From: an uncultured Oscillospiraceae bacterium
GTDB lineage: Bacteria; Bacillota; Clostridia; Oscillospirales; QAMX01
NCBI GenBank assembly: GCA_964439435.1
Contig: CAYTOF010000001.1
Coordinates: 5,585 to 69,584, forward strand
Reading direction: 5' to 3'
Length of the DNA stretch: 64,000 nt
Both the position numbers and the translations under genes were made by a program. Numbering within the stretch: position 1 is the stretch's first letter; each line of letters begins with the position of its first letter. Shown here piece after piece: positions 41,439 through 49,226 of this stretch. A model generated the notes under the pieces. That model made no database searches. It was not told the origin of the DNA and saw nothing but the letters and a program-made list of their open reading frames with translations.

Positions 41439-41780
41439 TTAGCGGCTTTTGACCAGAAAACCTGTTGTAACAGAGGTGAGCACAGCCGCCACGAGATATG
41501 GCCAAAACCCGACAAAGGTGATGCCGGGAATAATGGAAACAGCTATCCAGACCATAAGGGCATTTACAAGCAAGCCCGAGGCTCCGAGGGTTAAGCAGCC
41601 AATTGGTATGGTGAGGACTTTTAAAATAGGCCTGAGGGTAAAGTTTGCAAGCCATAGGACAACGGCAGCACCCGCAATGGCACCAAAATCCGCCGTTGAG
41701 CTTGGAAAAATCAGTGTGGTGAGCCAAAGAGCCAGTCCGCAGGAAATCAGTCGCAAAATATTTTTAATGGTTATAATCAA
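41439..41780 (-). CDS. Phage-holin-4_2 family (YvlD-like) small membrane protein
   Basis: 113 aa with 4 predicted TM segments. The pattern L.LANF.LRPIL..LT.P...LTLG matches the YvlD/PF04020 family as I remember it. Confidence 0.65.
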   Translation of the reverse strand: MIITIKNILRLISCGLALWLTTLIFPSSTADFGAIAGAAVVLWLANFTLRPILKVLTIPIGCLTLGASGLLVNALMVWIAVSIIPGITFVGFWPYLVAAVLTSVTTGFLVKSR

Positions 41781-41887
41781 ATACCATCCCTCCGATAAGA
41801 TTTACTCAAAGCACATCAAAGCATCTATATTATTATACACCCTGCAGTCAAGGAACTCCACTCTCCGCCCCGCATTTTCGCGGCTGA

Positions 41888-41914
41888 GCTGCATGTTGCT
41901 TGACAACACGCAGC
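41888..41914. promoter_or_regulatory. 27-bp imperfect palindrome (candidate operator) in the divergent intergenic region
   Basis: GCTGCATGTTGCT-T-GACAACACGCAGC. Of the 13 arm positions, 10 are Watson-Crick complementary and one more is a T/G pairing. It embeds a TTGACA hexamer. Confidence 0.4.
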
Positions 41915-42024
41915 AAACTAAATTTTAGCGAGAAAAAACTCGTATTGCTTGCAAACGGCCATTGCCTGTGATAAACTGATTTAAGAAAATCTATTAAATT
42001 AAATATTTAAAAGAGGTGAAGACT

Positions 42025-42780
42025 ATGCGCATTGCTATGCAACTGTATTCATTGAGAAATTATGGAGATTCAAAGGAACAGTTGAAGGAAACACTGAAAA
42101 ACCTGCGCTCGTCCGGCTATAAACATGTTGAGACAGCCGGGTATTTTGGCTTGTCTGTGGCAGAATTTGCCGCATTGTTGGAAGAGAGCGATCTCAGCGC
42201 AATTTCAACACATACCGGGATAGAGGCAATAGCAGGCAATCTGTCAAAAGTGATAGAAGATCATAAGCTTCTCGGAGCAAAGCACTGCTGCATACCCGGG
42301 TTGCCTGGTAGCTACTACCATCGAACCGTGGCGGGGTTTACAGCTGCAGCCGAAGTCATGAACCTGGCGGCGGAAAAGCTGGCAGAACACGATATATCTT
42401 TGTCCTTTCACAATCACGGCCATGAGTTTCTACCCATGGGCGATTCTTGCGGACTTGATTACATCCTGCAAAACGCCCCTCTGGTGAATATGCAGCTGGA
42501 CGTGGGCCACGCATATGCAGCCCATGTACTGCCCCAAGAATGGCTGCGCAGATATGGCGCACGCATAAAGACAGTCCATTATAAAGATGTAAAGTTCATA
42601 GACAATGTCCGTAGAGACTATCCGATAGGTGAGGGCGATGTCAACTGGAGCGAAGTTACAGCCGAAATAAAGGATTCTACCTGTGAATACATAATCGTGG
42701 AACACGAAGAATTTATAAGGGATGTATGGGATGTATGTAAGACGTCCTATGACAATATAGTCACATTTTTGGAGGGTTGA
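42025..42780 (+). CDS. Sugar phosphate isomerase/epimerase (xylose-isomerase-like TIM barrel)
   Basis: Typical start (I.MQLYSLR) and a H..H/D..H metal-ligand pattern. Start moved from 42016 to ATG 42025, with AAGAGGTG 6 nt upstream. Confidence 0.8.
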   Translation: MRIAMQLYSLRNYGDSKEQLKETLKNLRSSGYKHVETAGYFGLSVAEFAALLEESDLSAISTHTGIEAIAGNLSKVIEDHKLLGAKHCCIPGLPGSYYHRTVAGFTAAAEVMNLAAEKLAEHDISLSFHNHGHEFLPMGDSCGLDYILQNAPLVNMQLDVGHAYAAHVLPQEWLRRYGARIKTVHYKDVKFIDNVRRDYPIGEGDVNWSEVTAEIKDSTCEYIIVEHEEFIRDVWDVCKTSYDNIVTFLEG

Positions 42781-42784
42781 ACAG

Positions 42785-43888
42785 ATGAAGTTCGAGCTTT
42801 TTGCCGGCAACCATACGAGGAAGAATTGTCCTGTCAGCTTTAAAATACCGACTGAGACCATAAGCACAGCGGAAGAAGCAAGAAAGTATATGCTTAAAAC
42901 AGAAGACGGAGCCATTTTGCCCTGTGATTGTCTCGAAAAGGACGGAAAAGTGCAGATTTCTTTTGTGGTGGACTACATAGGGAAATCTGAGAGCGTCAAA
43001 CTTTCCTTAGAGGCCACAGAGGAAAAAGCACGTCCTCGATTGAGATGCGTTCGGACAGAACGCGAAGTTTCAATCTATGACGAAGACAAATTCGTGACGC
43101 AGTACTATATCGGAACGGACATACCAAAGCCCTATCTTGGACCGCTGCGCGAGCTCTATGGCTCTGACATAACAAGACTCGATTTTGAAACAAAGGAACA
43201 CCCCCACCATCGCGGTGTGTGGGTTTCCCACGGTGAAGTCAACGGTGTTGACACATGGAACGAACCTGCGGGTCGTCACGGGTTTATAAAAAACCTTGAA
43301 ATAAAAGATATCTATGACGGGGACTGTTTTGCAGGCTTTACGGCGAAAAATCTATGGACAGATTTTTCAGGTAAACCCCTATGTGAGGAGGAAACTACCT
43401 ACACCTTTTATGCTGGTCGTCTGGGACTTACCCTGTTTGACATGTCCATAACGCTTGTTGCAAGTTATGGTGATGTCACCCTCGGAGCGACAAAAGAAGC
43501 GGGACCTCTTGCCGTGCGCATGGCAGAGAGCATAAAGGTGATGGAAACAGGCACAATGGTCAACGGAGCGGGTGGAGTCAATGAAAAGGAAATCTGGATG
43601 AAGCGCGCTCCCTGGGTGGATTATTATGGCAAAGCAAGCGGCAAAGTGTGCGGCATTGCCATTTTGGACAACCCCGAAAATGACGCCTATCCCGCTTGGT
43701 GGCATGCCAGAGATTATGGACTCATGGCTCCCAATAACTTCCATGTGGGAGGAGAGAGGGTTATTTCCCAGGGTGAATCCATGACATGGAAATACAGAAT
43801 TGCAGCTCACAACGGCGATACAAAGCAGGCGGGAATAGAGGGGCTGTTTGTGGACTATATCTCCCCTCCCGAAATAAAGGCGGAGTAA
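42785..43888 (+). CDS. PmoA-family (DUF6807-like) protein
   Basis: 367 aa with HPHHRGVWVSHGEVNGVDTWNE, resembling the HHRG.W...VNG.DFW core of this family, and its usual adjacency to Gfo/Idh/MocA genes. Family call is from memory. Confidence 0.55.
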   Translation: MKFELFAGNHTRKNCPVSFKIPTETISTAEEARKYMLKTEDGAILPCDCLEKDGKVQISFVVDYIGKSESVKLSLEATEEKARPRLRCVRTEREVSIYDEDKFVTQYYIGTDIPKPYLGPLRELYGSDITRLDFETKEHPHHRGVWVSHGEVNGVDTWNEPAGRHGFIKNLEIKDIYDGDCFAGFTAKNLWTDFSGKPLCEEETTYTFYAGRLGLTLFDMSITLVASYGDVTLGATKEAGPLAVRMAESIKVMETGTMVNGAGGVNEKEIWMKRAPWVDYYGKASGKVCGIAILDNPENDAYPAWWHARDYGLMAPNNFHVGGERVISQGESMTWKYRIAAHNGDTKQAGIEGLFVDYISPPEIKAE

Positions 43889-44011
43889 ACAGCTCTATCT
43901 CGTCCTCTGTATATTGTACTTAAAACTTTTGCATGATGGCAGTAAAATGAGAAAAGACATGGCAAAAAGCCATGCCCTCAAACTAATATATGGCAACAGG
44001 AGTTGAAAGAA

Positions 44012-45052
44012 ATGGCAAAACAAATTGGATTCGCAGTGGTAGGCTTAGGCGTTGGCATGGCGCACGCCAGAGGTGCGGTCAATGCCGAGGGCGGGAAACT
44101 TGTAGCGGTGTGTGACAACAACCCGGAGGTATTGGAGAAAAGATCAGCTGAATTCCCCGACGCCAAAAAGTATTTGAACTATGCAGATATGTTGACTGAC
44201 CCTGAAATAGACATTGTGTCCGTATGCACACCAAGCGGCATGCACAGTGAAATGGTCATAGAGGCTCTAAGGGCGGGAAAACACGTGCTCTGTGAAAAAC
44301 CCATGGATATCACCGTGGATAGAATATTTGAAATTGAAAAAGTCCGACTTGAGACGGGGCTTAAAGTTGGAGGCGTTTTTCAAAACAGGCGCAATGCCAT
44401 AATGGCACCCATCAAAAAAGCAGTCGACGAGGGGAGGCTTGGCAAGATTTTTACAGGGTTTTTCCGCGTGAATTGGCATCGCAGTGACGCTTATTTCCTG
44501 GCAGACGGCGGTTGGCGCGGCACATGGGAGATGGACGGAGGCGGTTCCCTCATGAATCAGGGCGTGCACACAGTGGATCTCATGCAGTGGTTGCTTGGTG
44601 ACGTTGTGAGTGTCCGCTCGCATTTCGAGGTGCTCAACCATAAAATAGAAACCGAAGATTTTACAACATCCGTAGTCAAGTTTAAAAGCGGAGCTGTTGT
44701 GAACCTTGTCTCCACGACCTGCGCATATCCCGGGCTTGGGACAGATATCCAACTTACAGGAACCAATGGCTCAATACATATTGACGGGGAGAGATTGACT
44801 CTCTGGAAAATCGCCGGGGAGGGCATGGAAGAAGAGGAAAAAGAGATGCTTTCCATGTACGGAGCGGGCGGCAAACCCCCGGCGGCGGATCACAAAGAAG
44901 TGCGCGGTCACAGCTTCCAGGTGCAAGACATGATAGATGCACTCAGGTTTGACAGAGATCCTATGGTAGGTCCGATGGAGGCCACAAAGGCGGTAAAGAT
45001 CATCAATGCCGTTTACGAATCCGGACGCACAGGAAAAGAGATATTCTTTTAA
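44012..45052 (+). CDS. Gfo/Idh/MocA family oxidoreductase
   Basis: Motifs IGFAVVGLGVGMAH and VLCEKPM. Start moved from 44003 to ATG 44012. Confidence 0.85.
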   Translation: MAKQIGFAVVGLGVGMAHARGAVNAEGGKLVAVCDNNPEVLEKRSAEFPDAKKYLNYADMLTDPEIDIVSVCTPSGMHSEMVIEALRAGKHVLCEKPMDITVDRIFEIEKVRLETGLKVGGVFQNRRNAIMAPIKKAVDEGRLGKIFTGFFRVNWHRSDAYFLADGGWRGTWEMDGGGSLMNQGVHTVDLMQWLLGDVVSVRSHFEVLNHKIETEDFTTSVVKFKSGAVVNLVSTTCAYPGLGTDIQLTGTNGSIHIDGERLTLWKIAGEGMEEEEKEMLSMYGAGGKPPAADHKEVRGHSFQVQDMIDALRFDRDPMVGPMEATKAVKIINAVYESGRTGKEIFF

Positions 45053-45097
45053 ACAAGACAGATTTTTCAAAGCAAAATCCATAAGAGGATAGAAGTA

Positions 45098-45140
45098 TAA
45101 GAATGAAACGTCTTGAAATTCAAGGCGTTTCATTCTTATA
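45098..45140. terminator. Long inverted repeat (probable terminator) after the Gfo gene
   Basis: ATAAGAATGAAACGTCTTGAA / TTCAAGGCGTTTCATTCTTAT forms a stem of about 20 bp with one U-G pair. There is no clean T-run, so the terminator function is inferred. Confidence 0.5.
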
Positions 45141-45275
45141 CAATAAAACAAGTGCACTTGTGGCGAAGTATGCGGGCCGGTCAGAGCGGCCACTGAAAAT
45201 GCCTTTAGAGCAGCTTGCGAAAAACCAAAAAGAGAGAGGTTTTGCCTCTGCGGGAGGCGAGCATATAAAAATCCC

Positions 45276-45304
45276 TTGCAAAAGAGCAGGTAATAGCTTA
45301 AAAT
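45276..45304 (+). promoter_or_regulatory. SigA-type promoter upstream of the small ORF and MBOAT gene
   Basis: TTGCAA (45276-45281), a 17-nt spacer, then TAAAAT (45299-45304). Confidence 0.5.
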
Positions 45305-45336
45305 ATCAATATACATTGAGAAAATGGCGGCATAGT

Positions 45337-45480
45337 ATGAAAAATGACAACATAGATAAAAAGTCAAAAATAGAAAGTGCAGTTTTTGTTCGAGCCCTTG
45401 TTTTACATATTGTTTTTCTCATACAGCTTGGCACTGTTGTCTTTGGTACGCTGCTCGCACTTGCCTTTGCGCTGTTTTAA
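45337..45480 (+). CDS. Candidate 47-aa single-pass membrane peptide (speculative)
   Basis: MKNDNIDKKSKIESAVFVRALVLHIVFLIQLGTVVFGTLLALAFALF*. It has a polar N-terminus followed by a hydrophobic stretch of about 30 residues. It lies 33 nt downstream of the predicted -10, and the SD is weak. Confidence 0.25.
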   Translation: MKNDNIDKKSKIESAVFVRALVLHIVFLIQLGTVVFGTLLALAFALF

Positions 45481-45591
45481 AAAGAAATTGTCTCTTAAAA
45501 GTGAGCTGTACAAACTTCGGTACAGTGTGAATACACGCTGTATACCAAAATGTGCAAATAAAAAAGAAAACTGTATAAATTGAGGGAAGAA

Positions 45592-46989
45592 ATGGTCTTT
45601 AGCAGCCCGCTCTTTTTATTTATATACCTACCAATCACGCTGGCGGTGTATTATTTCTTTAAGCCGGCTTACAGAAACATAGTCCTGTTCATAGTGAGCT
45701 TGGTTTTTTATGGTTGGGGCGAGCCCATATATATTTTATTGATGCTTTTTTCCATCACCGTGAATTATGCGGCGGGCTTGCTTGTGGACAAGTATCGAAC
45801 CGAAGGAAAGCGAGCAAAGCGAATTTTGCTGGTCTCCGCTGCAGTTAACCTGTCCCTTTTGTTGTTTTTTAAGTATTTTGACTTCATTGCACAAAATCTG
45901 TCACTTATACCCGGCATAAAAATACCCATGCTCAACATCACGTTGCCCATCGGCATCTCTTTCTACACCTTTCAAGCCATGTCCTATCCGATTGATGTCT
46001 ATAGAAACGACGGAGAGGTGCAAAAAAGCTTTGTGGGATTTGGGACCTTTGTGTCTTTGTTTCCACAATTGATAGCAGGCCCCATCATAAGGTACAAGGA
46101 TGTGGCCAAACAGCTGAACAAACGCACCCACAGTTTTGAAAAATTCTCATCGGGCGCGGTGCGGTTTACGGTGGGGCTATGTAAAAAGGTTCTGCTTGCA
46201 AACAGCATAGGGATGCTTTGGGACGAGGTCAGCGCCACGGGGATTGCGGAGCTGTCCGTGCTTGGTGGTCTGCTCGGCGTACTTGCGTTTTCATTTCAAA
46301 TTTATTTTGACTTTTCCGGATATTCTGATATGGCTATCGGGCTTGGGCGGATGCTGGGCTTTGAGTTTCTTGAAAACTTCAACTACCCATATATCGCCAA
46401 AAGCATAACAGACTTTTGGCGCAGATGGCATATCTCCTTGTCGTCCTGGTTTCGAGATTATGTGTATATCCCTCTGGGCGGGAATCGTGTTTCAAAGTTG
46501 AAAAACTATAGAAATATCTTCATTGTCTGGATGCTTACAGGCATTTGGCACGGCGCAAATTGGAACTTTGTACTCTGGGGCTTGTATTTTGCTGTATTGC
46601 TGATGATTGAGAAAGCGTTTTTACAGAAATGGCTTTCAAAACTACCCTCCTTTGTCGGTCATATCTACACTCTTGTGCTTGTATTTGTGAGCTGGGCGAT
46701 TTTTGCCGTAGATGATGTGTCCAGATTGTCGTCGTTTTTAAAACTCATATTTGGCTTTGGAGGCGCACCCCTGTCAAACGGAAGTTTTCTTTACAACTTC
46801 AAAAACTACATTGTCCTCATAATAATCCTGTGCATTGCCTCCACACCGCTTGTCACAAAGGGGTATAAAAAACTGAACAAACGCGCAAGCACAATCTTGA
46901 CACCCTTGCTGATGTTGGTTGGTTTGCTGCTCTGCACAGCATATCTTGTGGATTCCACTTATAATCCGTTTTTGTACTTCAGGTTTTAA
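45592..46989 (+). CDS. MBOAT family O-acyltransferase (AlgI/DltB/PatA-like)
   Basis: Polytopic protein with the conserved His regions FWRRWHISLSSWFRDYVYIPLGGNR and WHGANWNF. Start moved from 45580 to ATG 45592. Confidence 0.88.
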   Translation: MVFSSPLFLFIYLPITLAVYYFFKPAYRNIVLFIVSLVFYGWGEPIYILLMLFSITVNYAAGLLVDKYRTEGKRAKRILLVSAAVNLSLLLFFKYFDFIAQNLSLIPGIKIPMLNITLPIGISFYTFQAMSYPIDVYRNDGEVQKSFVGFGTFVSLFPQLIAGPIIRYKDVAKQLNKRTHSFEKFSSGAVRFTVGLCKKVLLANSIGMLWDEVSATGIAELSVLGGLLGVLAFSFQIYFDFSGYSDMAIGLGRMLGFEFLENFNYPYIAKSITDFWRRWHISLSSWFRDYVYIPLGGNRVSKLKNYRNIFIVWMLTGIWHGANWNFVLWGLYFAVLLMIEKAFLQKWLSKLPSFVGHIYTLVLVFVSWAIFAVDDVSRLSSFLKLIFGFGGAPLSNGSFLYNFKNYIVLIIILCIASTPLVTKGYKKLNKRASTILTPLLMLVGLLLCTAYLVDSTYNPFLYFRF

Positions 46990-47002
46990 CGGAATTTGAC
47001 AA

Positions 47003-48133
47003 ATGAAAGAGCGAAACATGAAAAAGATTTACAAAATACTGCCGGCGTTGCTATTTTCAGTCTTTTTAGGGGTTGGGTTTCTTGCAAATATCGCAAAGCC
47101 CAACAGGGCATTTTCTCCGCGGGAAAACCGCACACTGCAGATGATGCCAAAGATCTCACTTGAGTCTGTTTTCAGCGGTTCTTTTATGCAAGACTATGAA
47201 AAGCATGTGGCGGACCAATTTATATGGCGCGATGCCTGGGTGGAAATCAAAGCAAAAACAGAGCTTGCGCTGCAAAAAAACGACGTGAAAGGCGTATATA
47301 TCGGCGAAGATGGCTTTATAGCTGAGCGTTTTCAGGAACCTGATAGGGACAGAGTTGCCTCAAATGCCAAACGCGTGGAGGAATTCGCATCTATCTTAGA
47401 GATTCCTGTGTTCTTTACAGTAATACCGGGTGCGGTGGAGATATGGAAAGAACGTCTTCCCGTACACGCACAAAATGCAGACCAAAAGCAGATAATTGAG
47501 CTTATCGCCTCTTTGGCTCCTTCGGCTGTGTTCGTGGACAGTTACGGTGCCCTTTATGAGCGGAAAGAGGAATCCATTTACTATAAAACAGACCATCACT
47601 GGACAACTCTTGGGGCATATTACGGTTATGCGGCCTTCGCCTCTGCCCTTGAGCATGAGCTCGGCAACTACCCCGGTTCGTTTATGTCAAAAGAGGGCTT
47701 CTATGGCACTGCATCCTCCTCTTGCGGGCTCATGCCTGGCCTGGGAGATACTGTCGAACTCGCCGTGCCGCCATCTGCTTTTAAGGAGATTATCGCCTAT
47801 GAGGGCAAGGAAATAAAAAAAATCCCGGCGTATGATGAGGCAGCCCTTGAAGAAAAAGACAAGTACACGGTGTTTTTCGGAGGAAACTACCCGCTTATGG
47901 TGGTAAAGTCAAGCACAGAGGGACAAAAGCTCTTGCTCATAAAGGACTCTTATGCAAATGCCGAAATACCGTTTTTGACCGCGATATTTGGGGAAATCCA
48001 TGTGATTGATTTGCGGTACTATAAAGACAGCATAAGCGCATATATAAGTGAAAATGAAATCGACATTGCGCTTATCTCCTACCATCTGCCGAATTTCGTA
48101 ACAGATACAAATCTTATGTTTTTGACCAAATAG
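47003..48133 (+). CDS. DHHW family protein (AlgJ/AlgX/SGNH-like partner of MBOAT)
   Basis: N-terminal TM anchor and the eponymous motif YYKTDHHWTTLGAYY. Start could instead be Met6 (47018). Confidence 0.8.
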   Translation: MKERNMKKIYKILPALLFSVFLGVGFLANIAKPNRAFSPRENRTLQMMPKISLESVFSGSFMQDYEKHVADQFIWRDAWVEIKAKTELALQKNDVKGVYIGEDGFIAERFQEPDRDRVASNAKRVEEFASILEIPVFFTVIPGAVEIWKERLPVHAQNADQKQIIELIASLAPSAVFVDSYGALYERKEESIYYKTDHHWTTLGAYYGYAAFASALEHELGNYPGSFMSKEGFYGTASSSCGLMPGLGDTVELAVPPSAFKEIIAYEGKEIKKIPAYDEAALEEKDKYTVFFGGNYPLMVVKSSTEGQKLLLIKDSYANAEIPFLTAIFGEIHVIDLRYYKDSISAYISENEIDIALISYHLPNFVTDTNLMFLTK

Positions 48134-48142
48134 GGAGGATAT

Positions 48143-49216
48143 ATGAATAAAAAACTCAAAGCGGCAATCATCGGCTGCGGCAATATCTCGGGAGCACATG
48201 GAGCGGGATACAGAGCCATCTCCGACAGAGTGAGCCTTGCATACTGTGTGGACCTCTTGCCGGAACGGGCACAGAGGCGCGCGGAGGAATTCGGAGATGA
48301 AAGCACGGTGGCTTTGACAGACTACAGGGATGTCTTAAAGGACACAGAGGTGGATATTGTGTCCATATGCCTGCCAAATCACCTGCATGCACCTGTTTCC
48401 ATTGCTTTTCTGGAGGCGGGCAAGGATGTATTGTGTGAAAAGCCCGCTGCAATGAACTATGCTGAAACACTGAAAATGAAGGCCGCGGCGGACAAGTCCG
48501 GAAAAATTTTGAACATCGGTGTGGTCAACCGTTTTAACGAATCGGTGGAGCGCATCAAAGAAGAGATAGCATCGGGAAATCTCGGAGAAGTCTATCAGAT
48601 ATACTGCTCCTTTCGTGCCTATCGCAGTATACCCGCACTGGGAGGGTGGTTTACCACCAAGGCTCTTTCCGGAGGCGGGGCACTCATCGACTGGGGAGTG
48701 CATTTTTTGGATCTGATTGTCTACTGCATGGGTGAATTTGAACCTCAAACCGTTTCGGCTGTGTGCCATTCCAAGCTTGCAGTAAATATGGAAGACTACA
48801 TCTACAGGTCGATGCACGGAAGAGACACCGATCTAAAGGGCACATATGATGTGGAAGAGTTTGTCACCGGGTTGGTGAGAGCAAAGGGAACCACCCTTTC
48901 CTTTAACGGAGCATGGGCGCAAAACATCGACGAAGACACCTTGTTTGTGGAGTTTATGGGCACAAAAGGCGGTATAAAGCTGAACTACGGTGGGCGCTAT
49001 ACCTATTATGGCACCGAAAACGGACAGCTTGTAGCCAAAAAACCTGAGTTCGAAATACCGAGCCCCTTCAACAAGGAGATCGCCGCCTTTGCAGACAGTT
49101 CTCAAAAAGGTGAAAAGATCCGCTCCAACATTGACAACATACTTATAACCGCAGCCCTTATGGATGCGATATATGAATCCGACGCGCTAGGCGAAGAGAT
49201 AAAATTTAGAATATAA
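48143..49216 (+). CDS. Gfo/Idh/MocA family oxidoreductase
   Basis: Motifs LKAAIIGCGNISGAH and VLCEKPA. Confidence 0.85.
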   Translation: MNKKLKAAIIGCGNISGAHGAGYRAISDRVSLAYCVDLLPERAQRRAEEFGDESTVALTDYRDVLKDTEVDIVSICLPNHLHAPVSIAFLEAGKDVLCEKPAAMNYAETLKMKAAADKSGKILNIGVVNRFNESVERIKEEIASGNLGEVYQIYCSFRAYRSIPALGGWFTTKALSGGGALIDWGVHFLDLIVYCMGEFEPQTVSAVCHSKLAVNMEDYIYRSMHGRDTDLKGTYDVEEFVTGLVRAKGTTLSFNGAWAQNIDEDTLFVEFMGTKGGIKLNYGGRYTYYGTENGQLVAKKPEFEIPSPFNKEIAAFADSSQKGEKIRSNIDNILITAALMDAIYESDALGEEIKFRI

Positions 49217-49226
49217 AGAGGCATTG

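Noticed and set aside
41439-41780. Holin-family gene as the remnant of a prophage lysis cassette
   Set aside because: There is no endolysin, spanin, integrase, terminase or att-like repeat nearby, and the base composition matches the surroundings. The family also has non-phage chromosomal members (YvlD type).
45103-45480. 125-aa track ORF in the Gfo-to-MBOAT spacer
   Set aside because: Its first codons are simply one arm of the 45098-45140 hairpin, and it lies upstream of the predicted promoter. I kept only its last 47 codons (from ATG 45337) as a low-confidence candidate.
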